Below, one piece after another: positions 27,190 through 40,850 of a DNA stretch of 64,000 bases; position 1 is the stretch's first letter, and every line of letters starts with the position of its first letter. The position numbers were made by a program, and so were the translations under genes. Source of the DNA: Octopus vulgaris (taxonomy: Eukaryota); the NCBI GenBank assembly GCA_951406725.2, contig OX597814.1, positions 11,594,001 through 11,658,000 on the forward strand, in the 5' to 3' direction. Under the pieces are notes generated by a model, which was not told the origin of the DNA, ran no database searches, and worked only from the letters and a program-made list of their open reading frames with translations.

Positions 27190-28320
27190 TTCTTTTCTAC
27201 TCTAGGCACAAAACACGAAATTTTGGAGAAGGGGGCCAGTCGATTAGATCGACCCCAGTACGCAACTGGTACTTGATTTATCGATCCCGAAAGGATCAAA
27301 GGCAAAGTCGACCTCGGCAGAATTTGAACTCAGAACGTAAAGACAGACGAAATACCTATTTCTTTACTACCCACAAGGGGCTAAACATAGAGGGGACAAA
27401 ACAAGGACAGACAAACGGATTAAGTCGATTATATCAATCCCAGTTCGTAACTGGTACTTATTTAATCGACCCCGAAAGAGTCAAAGGCAAAGTCGACCTC
27501 GGCAGAACTTGAACTCAGAACGTAGCGGCAGCCGAAATACATATTACTTTACGACCCACAAGGGGCTAAACATAGGGGGGACAAAACAAGGACAGACAAA
27601 CGGATTAAGTCGATTACATCGACCCCAGTGCGTAACTGGTACCTAATTTATCGACCCCGAAAGGATGAAAGGCAAAGTCAACCTCGGCGGAATTTGAACT
27701 TAGAACGTAGCGATAGACGAAATACCGCAAAGCATTTCGCCCAGCGTGCTAACGATTCTGCCAGCTCGCCGCCTTGACGAAATACCTATTTCTATTTCTT
27801 TACTTCCCACAAGGGGCTACACATAGAGAGAACAAACAAGGGCAGACAAACGGATTAAGTCGATTATATCGATCCCAGTGCGTAACTGGTACTTAATTTA
27901 TCGACCCCGAAAGGATGAAAGGCAAAGTCGACCTCGGCGGAATTTGAACCCAGAACGTAACGGCAGACGAAATACGGCTACGCATTTCGCCCAGCGTGCT
28001 AACGTTTCTGCCAGCTCGCCGCCATTTTTTTTTTTAAATCGACCTCGGCGGAATTTGAACTCAGAACGTAACGGCAGACGAAATACCTATTTCTTTATTA
28101 CCCACAAGGGGTTAAACACAGAGGGGACAAACAAGGACAGACATAGGTATTAAGTCGATTACATCGACCCCAGTGCGTAACTGGTACTTAATTTATCGAC
28201 CCCAAAAGGATGAAAGGCAAAGTCGACCTCGGCGGAATTTGAACTCAGAACGTCGGGGCAGACGAAATATTGCTTAGCATTTCGCCCGGCGTGCTAACGT
28301 TTCTACCAGCTCACCGTCTT
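27190..28320 (-). mobile_element. Cluster of tandem SINE family B units
   Basis: Three heads and at least five bodies in the same orientation over 1.1 kb. Confidence 0.9.
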
Positions 28321-30351
28321 AAAGTCAAAATATATTGCTTCACCTTCCTAAACAAGACAGCGATGCAGCGTCCATGAGCAAGCCCAACCTGCTAAAAAAT
28401 AGCAGCCAGATCTCATGTATACCCAAGCTAGGTCGAGGTTTGCTGTTGAAGATTGCATGTCCATGTATGCAAGTCTCTCTCCATGCCACCTTTATCCAAG
28501 AGGATGGTTACCAACTTTTAGCCGATACAGCGTATCATCAATGACATCAGTTTCATAGAAAAGGCCTGGACAGACACTGCCAGATATGCCGTCCGGTACT
28601 CTGGCAGTTTCGCTAATCCAACGCTCAGCATTGGAACGTTTTTGGCTTTTGCTTTTAGTTTGTTTTATTTGTTTTACTCTTTTACTTGTTTCCGTCATTT
28701 GACTGTGGCCATGCTGGAGCACCGCCTTTAGTCGAGCAAATCGACTTCAGGACTTATTCTTTGTAAGCCTAGTACTTATTCTATCAGTCTATTTTGCCGA
28801 ACCGCTAAGTTACGAGGACATAAATACACCAGCATCGGTTGTCAAGTGATATTGGGGGAGGGGGAACAAACACAGACACACAAATGTATACACACACACA
28901 TACATACATATATATATATATACAACGGGCTTCTTTCAGTTTCCGTCTACCAAATCCACTCGCAAGGCTTTGGTCGGCCCGAGGCTATAGTAGAAGACAC
29001 TTGCCCAAGGTAACACGCAGTGGGACTGAACCCAGAACTATGTGGTTCGTAAGCAAGCTACTTACCACACAGCCACTCGTATGCCTGTTTGTTTATTTTT
29101 GAGAGGCTTTTTTTTTTAGGGTTTTTGCTCTCGAAAGGCTGAAAGACAATATTGACCCCGGCATGATATACTACTCTGATGTATCTGCCAAAATTCCTTG
29201 CAACATTTGTTCTGATTCTTTAAATTCTGAATTCAAAGACCGCTCTAGGATCGATTTAATCGATCACCTCCTACATACGTATGCAAGCACACAGACACAC
29301 ACACTTACATACACGCGCCCGCACCTAAATGCTGGCTTTGTGCTATTACTAGAAATTAATATTTACACATAAATCCTTTAAATGTAAATAATAATTCGTA
29401 TATCATTTAGAAATACCACAAATAAACCATTTGTATAATTCCTTAACATTTTCCGGCAAAGGTAATTAAAATATAGTTGAAGTGGCAGGAGTGGCTGTGT
29501 GGTAAGAAGCTTGCTTACAAACCACATAGTTCTGGGTTCAGTCCCACTGCGTGTTACCTTGGTCAAGTGTCTTCTGCTATATCCTCGGGCCGACCGAAGC
29601 CTTGTGAGTGGATTTGGTAGACGGAAACTGAAAGAAGCCTGTCGTATATATGTATATATATATATGTATGTGTGTATGTTTGTGTGTCTGTGTTTGTCCC
29701 CCTAGCATTGCTTGGCAACCGATGCTGGTGTGTTTACGTCTCCATAACTTAGCGGTTCGGCAAAAGAGACCGATAGAATAAGTACTGGGCTTACAAAAGT
29801 ATAAGTCCCGGGGCCGAGTTGCTCGATTAAAAAAGGCGGTGCTCCAGCATGGCCCGCAGTCAAATGACTGAAACGAGTAAAAGAGTAAAAGAGAGAGAGT
29901 AGCTCACAGCTAACGCCTCTCATTTTCTTTTTTTTATTTATTTTTTTTTTTTTTTTCGGATTTGTGTTTTGGAATCGAACCATAATTATTCAATTGCCGG
30001 CGTACTTGCTCCTGTCACTTAATCCATATAATTTTCTTGTTCGTTCATCGTAAAATGACGGTAACCAATGGCATCAATTATAAATTCATCTTTGCTGTTG
30101 TTGTGTTCGACAACTGCGTCATTATTTTCGGAAAGAGAAGCCTTGGTCGCTATTTAGCATTCTTCAACAATAATGTTTTCTTTTAACCATGCTTCGTTGA
30201 TACGGATAAGGTTCTTCTCTGTGCCAACCATTTTGTCTTGTACACAGTGAGAAACAACAGCTCCTCACACGTCTTCATTCATATACCGGTCAGTTTATTC
30301 TTTTCAAAAGACGTCCCTACTACACTCCCTGGTGTGCCCATTGATTCAAAA

Positions 30352-32194
30352 AGAATCTACGTTGATCCACCTTACTAATTGTATCAGGTAGAATCTTAGT
30401 CGATCTCATGCTTTGTAGGCACCAATTTTTCTCTGCATAAGTCATGTGGAGTATCAGAAAAGGATAGCCCCTTTGGTAAGTGTTTTATCAATTCTCTTTC
30501 AGCTAAGCTCGTTTGTCATTGCATCTACCTGTCACCCAGCCGTCACCTGCGTCTCCACGAACTGTCTGCATGAGGCAGTGTGCAGCCTCCTGGGTAACGG
30601 CACTGGCTGGTTGACTAAAACAGCTTGAGCGAAATTCCTTGAGGGCTTGTCATTCAACGTATGCAACGATTGCATCTTTGGTGGACTAAGCAAAGAAAGA
30701 CCAACTAAAATTTCGCACCAATTCAGATTGCAGAATAATCTATTGTTAATATCAGCGAAATGAAAGGCGGTGAGCTGGCCAGGCCAAATGCTTAGCGGCA
30801 TTTCACCCGTCTTTTACGTTCTGAGTTCAAATTCCACCAAGGTCGACTTTGCCATTCATCCTTTCAGAGTTGATAAAATAAGTGCCTCTTGAACACTGGG
30901 GTTGATGTAGTCGACTTAACCCCTCCTTCTAACTTCCTGACCTTGTGCCAAAATTTGAAACCAATTTCAGTACAATGAGGTAATCCATTTCCTTTAGGAC
31001 AGACAGGACGTGAAATTTAAGATTCTGAGAGAATGCTTTTCCTTCTGAATAAAACGTGAGGTTTGGAACAGCGAAGTACAGCTCTGTATTTCTCATCTAT
31101 GCTACGTTTCCTTCCTTCTTTTATTACGCTACCACATCGATGGCAAGCCTCCTTCTTGTGGTCTACCTAAAAGATTGTTTCCACACAAAAATACAACCGT
31201 GATTTCTTCTTTCGACATAACATTTCTGTAAAAATCTTTCAACAGCATTGTAGAAAATAAAATATATTAAGACTGATGTTCTCAGTTTCAACTTTGGAAG
31301 GATGCAAATTTTAATATTCGTCAAATTCGATGACTGGCATCCGTGCTAGTGGAGCGCTAAGAGCACCATCCGAGTGTGATCGTTGCCAGAGCAGCTAACT
31401 GGCTTCCGTGCCGGTGGCACGTAAAAAGCACATCTGAGCGTGATCGTTACCAGCGCCGCCTTACAGGCACTTGTGCCGATGGCACGTGAAAAAAAAATTC
31501 GGGCGAGGTTGTTGCCAGTGCCGCTGGACTGGCTCCTGTGCAGGTGGCACGTAAAAAACACCATTTGAGCGTGGCCGTTGCCAGTACCGCCTGACTGGCC
31601 CTCGTGTCGGTGGCACGTAAAATCACCCACTACACATTCGGAGTGGTTGGCGTTATGAAGGGCATCCAGCTGTAGAAAGTCTGCCAGGTCAGATTGGAGC
31701 CTGGTGCAGCCATCTGGTTTGCCAGTCCTCAGTCAAATCGCCCAATCCATGCTAGCATGGAAAGTGGAGGTTAAACGACGACGACGACGACAATGACGAT
31801 CATCATCATCATCATCATCATCATCCTTTTAGCAGGTCAAGGATCTACGTTGATCCACCTTACTATCTGTGTCAGGTAGAATCTTAGTAGCTCGCATGCT
31901 TTGTTAGGACTAATTTTTCTCTGCATAGGTCATATGGAGTATCAGAAAAGGATAGCACCTTTGGTAAGTGTTCTATCAATTTTCTTTCAGCTAAGCTCGT
32001 CTGCCATTGGCATCTACCTGTCACCCAGCCGTCACCTGCGTCTCCACGAACTGTCTACATGAGACAGTGTGCAGCCTCCTGGGTAACGGCACTGGCTGGT
32101 TGACTAAAACAGCTTGAGCGAAATTCCTTGAAGGTTTGTCATTCAACGTATGCTACGATTGCATCTTTGGTGGACTAAGCAAAGAAAGACCAAC
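30352..32194. repeat. Local ~350-bp direct repeat pair (30352-30705 and 31841-32194)
   Basis: Co-linear copies starting ATCTACGTTGATCCACCTTACTA and ending GCAAAGAAAGACCAAC. Confidence 0.9.
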
Positions 32195-32585
32195 CATCAA
32201 CAGTAAAGTTCCAGTGGGAAACAATGGGATAGCTAGCTTTCAACGTTACTATTGAACACATAGTTCAAAGCAATACGAGACAAATAAATTTCTTTGGTCA
32301 CCCACAGCATCGCTAGTATATCTTCAGTTATGCCGGCCACGTCTTGCCACAGGATCTAGAAGTCAGGGACAGGAGAGTACTGCTGACCGTCCGCTGTAGT
32401 GTTCTCTCCTTATAGTCCAACACAAGTCAGGGGTTCAACAAACTAGCAGGTGAGAATACACTGAAGCTGGTCACAAGAGCCTTGGTCACATTTGCCAGTA
32501 AAGGTTGAACGCGTCGCCGGGAAATGAACTCACAACCTTACGAGCGTGAACCAAATACCCTGACCACTGATTCACACGGTTTCAC

Positions 32586-32659
<74 letters not shown>

Positions 32660-33489
32660 TTATATAAAACTTGGAAAAGGATGCGTGGCGTTCGATCATA
32701 TAATGATATAAATAATATATGCATATATACATATATATATATGTACATACCTACATATATATGTATATAGACACGCATATATGGGTATAAGACATAAAAA
32801 AAACGTTGAACACAATGAGAAATGAAAGCATAAAAACAAAAACATAGAAAACGAACTTTTTTCGAACAACGAAAATCACAGAGAAACGCGACATGCAACA
32901 TAAAGAATATTCCTCTTCGTCATTTGTCCCTGTTTCATCTACTCCGCGTTACGAAGGTTGGGACAAGACGCGACTTCGTTGAAGCAATTCTTCCTGCAAA
33001 GCAAATTAAATAAAATTTGGGATTTTTGCGGAGGGTGAAAGTGTTAACAAGAACAGGACAGTAAGAAGAAAACAGTAAAAACAAACGGTGAGGGCTGTTA
33101 AGCCATAACGAGGTAAAGTGGTGAACGCTGGAGAAAAGAGCTAAGACAGGAGACAGACAAAAGAGTTAAGACCTACTTCTGCCTGTATCCTGTCTTACAT
33201 AGAAAAACATTAAGATCGATAGGGAAAATATAGCATGTAAAATGAATCGGTAGTCTAGCTATCAAATGAAATTAAATCATAGGAAAGAGTGCCCTAACGT
33301 ACTACGTAAAATAAGTATAACGTTCAGTATTTGGTTTATAATGTGGAGTGAGGTTATGTAGTGCTAAGTGGTACGTGGGAAAGTTAAGGGGAGGTAATAA
33401 GAGGTTAACCATGTCCGCTAATAACCTGTAAAATAGGGATTAGCGATATTTAAAGGATAAATAAATTTTAGCGATATTTTGAGAATACG

Positions 33490-33845
33490 AATTGGCCTTT
33501 ATGCTAGCAAAAATTATTTTTCTCTTCTCTTTTATTAAGCAGATGTGATTTGGCCATTAAGATAACGAATATCTCATTTACACAGAGATTACAACGATTA
33601 TTGTTAATGTTATATGAGGAAGTTTTGGCTGGGAAACACTATTCTAAACTATAGTTAATATTTTTGTCTTTCAATTCCCAAATGTAACTACTAAGTCAGG
33701 TAGAGTTCGCTTTACTTCTATTTCTGAAACTAGATCGATGGGAGTAATAGCTGAGTATCATTTCGTTTTTGTTGCTCCAATATAAAATTTCTTGTAATTA
33801 TTTGCGATTATATCGCATTGGTAGATTACGTTTTTAGTTTTACAT
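33490..33845 (-). pseudogene. Penelope-like GIY-YIG endonuclease remnant
   Basis: NVIYQCDII...FYIGATK...HRSSFRNRSK...LSSYIWELKD...RCNLCVNEIF...LLNKREE with stops and frameshifts. Confidence 0.8.
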
Positions 33846-34419
33846 GTATTGGAGAATTCAGTGTTTTCTGGAGGCGCCGTTTATGTTTTGATGCTCATTC
33901 CTTCTCCTTTTATCATTTATTTGCTGCTGTATGGCCCCATTATGGATTCAGCAAAGAACAGAGGTGGCGTAAAACGCGCGAACCATTTGTGTGAACCATT
34001 TGCAAAACATATGATATTGGCTCTTCAACAGTGTGATATTAAAATAGAGAAAGAAAACTGTTAAAGTTCTTTTCTGACGGTGGATCAAAAAAAGCAAATG
34101 TTTGTAAGGAAATCAATGATGGAGGGGGAAAAGTTGGGAACTGGACCAAGAAATCATGAATGTTTACTTACTCCAAAATAAACTTATTAGAGAAAGACCC
34201 AAGTATATGAAGCAACATTGAAGTTCATTGTCTGAGTTGAAAAATGATGTTCCCCTAGAAGGTTCTTTTAATTACTTCTGATAGTAAATGATATAGCTGG
34301 CATATAGCACAGGAAAATAATGCGTTTTTTTTTTTGCTTTTGTTTTTGTTGGTTTATATGTTCTTCTCTTGTTAGTGTTTTTTTGTTTCAAAACATCCTT
34401 TTCGAATTCTAGGAATGAT

Positions 34420-34925
34420 GGCTTGCTTTTATACTTGCATGATATAATTTCTTCGGAATGTCTATTAATTATGTTTGTTCTGGATGTGATTATCTCCAGT
34501 GTTTCCTCTAAGCAAAAGTTATACTCCCACAATGATCTATTGTATGGTCTAGCGTTTTTATTGTAGATCAGTGGATTGTATGCTCCACTTCATTCTGTTT
34601 GAGCCTCCAGATGAAGTTAGATAATGATGTACCGTGCCTTTTGTTTACGTTGAAAAATGACGTAAGATGGTTGTGCCGACTGTTTTTCATGGTGTCTCTG
34701 GTACCACCAATGTACACATTTTTGGGTACCCGTCTTCACTTAACATTTGTAAACCACATTCCTTATCATACATTTGTTATTAAATTTACATTCATTTTTC
34801 TGTCGCAAGTTACATGTTATATTATCTTTTCTGGTTCTATAAGCGGAGGTATTATTAGTGTTCGCATTTGTTCTTCCTGTAACAGTGTTTTCCTTACGTA
34901 TGGATTGCACTGTCAATTGCATGGC
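34420..34925 (-). pseudogene. Second Penelope-like GIY-YIG endonuclease remnant
   Basis: CNLRQKNECKFNNKCMIRNVVYKC...YIGGTRDT...HLTSF...LSNFIWRLK...CLEETLEII...INRHSEEIISCKYK. Confidence 0.8.
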
Positions 34926-35338
34926 GCTGTTTGGACCTTTTTTTTTATGGATGAGATTTTATCATTCTTATATGTAACCATTCTATCGTTGTTTATTTTG
35001 CTTTGATCTGCATCTTTTCCGTGTCCATGGTTACTACGGACCGTACAGTAATCATCCCAGGAACGTAAGAAACATCTGATTTGTGGAAACGTGCAAAGCG
35101 ATGCATTAAAGTATAAATTTCATCCATGGATTATTATAATTATTACTATATTTATCCTATTATAACGGCACATCTCAGTACAACCCCATAGAACTGCTAT
35201 TGCAAGTTGGTATCATTAGGCTGTAGCCGACATAATAAAACGGCTTTTATATGTCTACTACCGAAAGTTTCCCGTAAACGAACTTAAAGGATAGATATCT
35301 GTGTGTGTGTGTGTATGTGTGTGTGTCTGAGTGTGTCT

Positions 35339-35403
<65 letters not shown>

Positions 35404-35886
35404 GTATATCTAATGCATATATATGAGCGCGCGCATGTGTACATACAACGGGTTTGTTTCAGTTTCTTATTTCTTTATATTTCTTTATTGCCCACAAGGG
35501 GCTAAACACAGAGGGGACAAACAAGGACAGACAAAGGGACTACGTCGATTACATCGACCCCAGTGCGTAACTGGTACTTAATTCATCGACCCCGAATGGA
35601 TAAAAGACAATGTCGACCTCGGCGGAATTTGAACTCAGAACGTTAAAGACAAACGAAATATCGCAAGGCTATTCGTCCGGCGCGCTAACGTTTCTGACAG
35701 CTCACCGCCTTTGTTTCAGTTTCTGTCAACCAAATCCTCCCACAATGTGTTGATCGGCTCAAGGCTATAGTAGAAGACACTCGCCCGAGGCGCCACACAG
35801 TGAGACTGAACCAGGAACCATATGGTTGAGATACAATCTTATTATCACACACTCACGCCTGTGTGGGTCGATTCGTTCGACTAAAG

Positions 35887-36148
35887 CAGTGATTCTCAAC
35901 CGGGGATGCATATGACCCTTAGAGGTCCATATAAGATTTTGTTAAAATTTATGTACAATAAATTACTTCTACTTCTACAATGCACAAAATATTTTCAGAA
36001 TTTTCTAGACAATTCCTAATAATATTTAATTATAAAAATATAGCAGGATTTTATATATATATATATACATCGTATGGCTACGGAGGTCCAATAGAGTAAA
36101 ATTGGAATCAAAGGAGCCCATAGGCAAAAAAATGGGTGAGAACCACTT
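35887..36148. mobile_element. hAT (Charlie-like) MITE inserted in a SINE tail
   Basis: TIRs CAGTGATTCTCAACC / GGGTGAGAACCACT; partial TSD GACTA; SINE family A sequence resumes on both sides. Confidence 0.65.
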
Positions 36149-36548
36149 GACTAGTCCTTCCGAGGCGGTGCCGTAGCATGGTCATAGTATCATGAGTGAA
36201 AAAAGAAAGGAATAAAGGAACTCTAGGCAAAACTGACCAACAGATCTGTGACTGCCTGTTGGCATACTACATTGAAAATTTTGCTAACGATTACGTTTAT
36301 TCTTTCTAAATATGTCTGATTTAAAGGGAAATAACTCTTTAAAACGTTTATATTGTTTATGTCCCTTGTTTTATTTAATTTTTTTTTATTTTTTTTACAC
36401 ACTATTTTAAGATTTTAAACTGTGCTTTTCAAAATTTTATTGAAACTATTGTCCCCTTTCTTTTACTAACAGTTATTTAACGTCCATTTGCTACAAGTCA
36501 ATAAAATTAAATACACCACAAAATCTGCTACCTACATGTTATTACCAC

Positions 36549-36875
36549 TTGGTAAACACCCACAAAGTTATCAACCACCTCACCAACAACAACACTGAAC
36601 ACCTTTTTGATCTCCATGTGTCTAACACACGTGGACATGCCTACAAAGTCAGAAAACAAAACAGCTCCCATGACTTTCGGAAACATTTTTTCACGCTCAG
36701 AGTTGCTGAAGCATGGAATAAACTGCCTGCGTCAGTTGTTGACTGCCATGACACTGCATCCTTTAAGGCCCTCGTGCTTTCCGAAATCCGTCGAAACTAC
36801 ACCTGATTATACATACACTTTAGATGAGTTGTAGTGCACCTGAGCACTGTACACAATTATTATTATTATTATTAT
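36549..36875 (+). mobile_element. CR1-clade LINE 3' end (short tail-only copies at ~46135-46198 and ~48338-48383)
   Basis: NTRGHAYKVRK...RKHFFTLRVAEAWNKLPASVV...SFK motif, short 3' UTR with gtgcacctgagcactgtacac and an (ATT)n tail. Confidence 0.85.
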
Positions 36876-37292
36876 TTGCACATGTTCATTATCTTTGCAC
36901 GCAAATCAAAACATTTCTAATATTAATAGTCCCTGATGTCCAACACACAGAATAAAAACAAAAGATTGAGTTAATTAACAAATACATCCGTTACCCCCTT
37001 AGTGCTACGTTTGTCCCCAGTACGCATATAAATTTTCCACATCACACTAGGTGGCTGTGCTGTCCATTTTGACGAGCACTGATTTTAAGTGATGTGGCAT
37101 AAAGTGTTACGTTGCAATGTCCATATTTTTTCTCGGGAGATTTGGCGATGTAAGAAGGACAATTTTAACCAGGACTGAAGCTGGATTCAGAGGGAATTTA
37201 TGAAGAAACTGTCACTGCATTCCACGCCACTTGATTTCATTGTTGTTCTTTATGCCCAGGTCAGTTCTGATCAAGCAAACCTAAAATCACAC

Positions 37293-38014
37293 ACGAGGTG
37301 TAGTCAAAAAGTAACCGACCTTTGGCCAAAAAAAAACAAGTAATATTTTTTTTAAAACTCACCGTTTTCATTTAGTCTCCTTCAAAGTATTCGCCTTTGG
37401 AGTCTACAAATTTCTGCCAGCGTTCCTGAAACCACTTTTTGAGATGCTGTAGAGCTGTACCGTCGAATTGTGCTTAATGTCCTCTGTTGACTCTAATCTT
37501 CGCCCTTTGAATGGGTTTTTTTGTTGTTGTTTTTTGTTTGTTTGTTTTTTTTGTTTTTTGTTTGTTTAAGAAATAGCCAAAAATCACACGGAGCCAAGTC
37601 TGGGGAGTAGGAAACCCGACAAACAAGTGGTGTTTTGCTTAACGAGCAATGCTTGGACGACGTGGACAGAATGAGCAGGTGAAGTTGTCAGTTCTTTGCT
37701 GCCCACAGGTCGGGATGTTTTTGCTGGACAGCTTCACGAAGGCGACGAAGAACCTTTGCAATCATTTCGTCGTTTCTTCTAGTCGATGGTCTGCCACACC
37801 GTGACTCACTATCCACTGAGGTACGGCCATCTTTGAACCGGTTGTACCACTCCTTTATTTGTGTTTTTTCCCATAGCATCATCTTCAAAGGCCTTCTGAA
37901 CCTTCTCAATAGTCTGGGCTTGTGTATCACCAACATTTTGGCAGAATTTGATATAGCATCTTTGCTCAATGCGCTCGGTCGTCTTAACTCAAAAAAATAA
38001 ATCGCACAGCACAC
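37293..38014 (-). mobile_element. Degenerate, internally deleted mariner
   Basis: TIR-like CGAGGTGTAGTCAAAAAGTAAC at 37293; EWYNRFKDGRTSVDSESRCGRPST and LRRLREAVQQKHPDLW transposase motifs. Confidence 0.75.
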
Positions 38015-38914
38015 TCTTCGTCTGTACTCAATACGGGGGAATGGCTCAACCTACAGACACGAAATTTTTTGCTCATGCTCAGAAAGGACGCGGCCACCTA
38101 ATACCCAGGTGGATTTTGCACATGCTATTTGTTAAATACATAATAGATTATGAAATAAAGATAAAAATTTTGAGTGGCTGTGTGGTAAGTAGCTTGCTTA
38201 CGAACCACATGGTTCCGGGTTCAGTTGCACTGTGTGGCACCTTGGGCAAGTGGCTTCTACTATAGCTTTGGGCCGAATAAAGCTTTGTGAGTGGATTTGG
38301 TAGACGAAAACTAAAAGAAGCCCGTCACATATATGTATATATATATATGTATGTGTGTGTATATGTTTGTATGTCTGTGTTTGTCCCCCCCAACATCGCT
38401 TGACAACTGATGTTGGTGTGTTTACGTCTCCGTAACTTAGCATAAGAGGTTATGAAATAAAGTACTAGGCATACAAAGAATAAGTCCTGGGGTCGATTTG
38501 CTCAACTAAAGGCGGTGCTCTAGCATGGTCACACTCAAATGACTGAAACAAGTAAAAGAGTAAAAGAGTAATCAATGCAGTGGAAATATCTAGTTCTTGT
38601 TTTATTGTTCCTTTGAACAGAAAAACCAAAAGTGAAATTTTTTGATATTGGAGGCCACATGAAAATTAACTATGAGGTGTGTACACACACACACACACAC
38701 ACACAGATATGTATGTCATGCATATATGTGGAATTTTCAGGGAAAAAAAATATGCTGCATTTGGTTAAGTCTCTGTTACCCTCTCTACACTGTAAGATCA
38801 AAACATTGCCATGAGTGAACCTCTTTGTAGTCAAACACTCTGCTAGATATAAAGGCTAAATCTCTTGTAAAACATACCCTACAAGCTTGAAAAAAAACAA
38901 CTGAAAAACAAATA

Positions 38915-39311
38915 CAGTGTTTCAAAAGTCTATGTCACATTCTAAGAACTCTTATACCATGAACTAGAAACGGTAGCATGATTGAACTGGTACCATTTAA
39001 AAGCAAAAAGTGTCAAGTTTTCTTCTGTTAATTTAATTTTAATTTAATTAGTTTAATTAGTTTAAGATTTTTTGTCTCTTTTCAGATCCAGTAATGTCAT
39101 TCACAAAACAAGAGAAGTCATTTTGCGTCCAAGGATATGCTAAAACTGTATCCATAGACACATGTTCAACACAAATTTCATACAATGTTTGCCAAGCAGT
39201 CACCAGACAGACGTTCCATTTTAAATTGGCATGCAAAATTTAAGGAGGAGGGGTGTTTGTGCCCGGCAAAGAGAACATTCTTAGAATGTAACAGACTTTT
39301 GAAAAACTCTG
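38915..39311 (+). mobile_element. Internally deleted Tc1/mariner-superfamily element retaining only the N-terminal HTH
   Basis: TA TSDs; TIRs CAGTGTTTCAAAAGTCTATGTCACATTCTAAGAA / TTCTTAGAATGTAACAGACTTTTGAAAAACTCTG; MSFTKQEKSFCV...PDRRSILNWHAKFKEEGCLC. Confidence 0.8.
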
Positions 39312-39780
39312 TACATGTTGAACACTATAATCCTAAATATACAATTCCTCAAAGCAAAATAATGGCTTGAATATGTTTGGACATAGGTCTACTCAGTCAA
39401 AAGTGACCTGGGGCTTACTGAATGATGACGTTTCTTGTAGACAAAGATATATCTGGAGCCAGAGTTAATAGATTGCTTCTATTCTATCCACAGACCACAT
39501 ATTTGTCAGCTACCTGCTTAATCAGGGTTGACCAAATACACACAACATCTTGCTAGATATCTATCACAAGCAGAAGCTTCCCCACACTGTGAGATCAATA
39601 AAGTTGGTAAATTTTTCAATTGCTTACAAAGTGAAATCAACACATCCAGTGAGCAGGGAGTAATTGAATCAGTCTACTAGGCCTACTTACCTTGGATTCA
39701 TTACAAAGATATTCAAGGTTTAGCTCAAGGCTACCCCTTGATTGAGTAAATATACGATAAAAGCTGTTAGAACCATCAAG

Positions 39781-40202
39781 GTGGCGAGCTGACAGATTCG
39801 TTAGCACGCCGGCCGAAATGCTTAGCCATATTTCATCTGCGCTTACGTTCTGAGTTCAAATTCCGCTGAGGTCGATTTGCCTTTCATCCTTTCGGGGTCA
39901 ATAAATTAAGTACCAGTTACGCACTGGGGTCGATATAATCAACTTAATCCGTTTGTCTGTCCTTGTTTGTCATCTGTGTTTAGCCCCTTGTGGGTAGTAA
40001 AGAAATAGGTATTTCATCTGCCGCTATATTCTGTGTTCAAATTCCGCCGAGGTCAACTTTGCCTTTCATCCTTTCGGGGTCGATTAAATAAGTACCAGTT
40101 ACACACTGGGGTCGATATAATCGACTTAATCCATTTGTCTGTCCTTGTTTGTCCCCTCTATGTTTAGCCCCTTGTGGGCAGTAAAGAAATAAGAAATAAG
40201 AA
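39781..40202 (+). mobile_element. SINE family B dimer
   Basis: Head, body, junction GAAATAGGTATTTC at 40002-40015, second body, (AAGAAAT)n tail. Confidence 0.9.
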
Positions 40203-40534
40203 CCATCACCATCCTGGCTTTTGTACATTTAATACTATATTGTTTAATGCATCTTTCATGGTGATAGTTGTGATTTGAAAGAGATTTGGTTGCTATTTAT
40301 AGCAGATCACATAAGGGTTCCCTCATAGGGTAATCACATGAATTGTATAAAGACAAAGTTTTTAAACAGCAGTGATTTAGTTTACACAAACATACACACA
40401 CACATACAAACATAGATACATATATATACTCATACATATATTACACACACATTCATACAGGATAGAAATTTGATCTCATATAGAGAGTATCAAGTGAATC
40501 CAGTCAGTAAAACAATATTTTCAATTTCATAGAA

Positions 40535-40540
40535 TTTATT
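40535..40540 (-). terminator. Candidate polyadenylation signal (AATAAA) of the VAMP gene, implying a ~1.4-kb 3' UTR
   Basis: tttatt on + at 40535-40540; 40500-41950 lacks the SINE copies that fill the neighbouring DNA. Another AATAAA at 40871-40876 is an alternative. Confidence 0.4.
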
Positions 40541-40806
40541 ACAAAAATTAGTTAGCAACTTTACACAAGAATAGTTTCTGTAGACAACTGATGTGTGTGT
40601 GTGTGTGTGTAGAAATGTCAGCTGTGTGATAAAGAGGTCTCAGATTTGATCCCAACACTGACCCTTAGATAACTTTGGTACGAGATGATTGGACGCAGCA
40701 GTTTGGGTGCTGGCAATTTCGAATCGGCTGACTGGACATTGAACCTTTTTGGCAACAGTACTTTTTGGCACCTGAGGCAAACACACTCACAAGCATGCAC
40801 ATGCAG

Positions 40807-40850
<44 letters not shown>

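Noticed and set aside
31400-31430. TGCCGGT...GTAAAA motif reminiscent of a twister ribozyme
   Set aside because: The required pseudoknot partners (GGUCCC/GAGGG-type pairing, UAAC cleavage strand) are not present.
32905-32985. Possible hammerhead downstream of the Penelope remnants (minus strand)
   Set aside because: Core elements are degenerate (ATGACGA, GTAA) and stem II closure does not fit.
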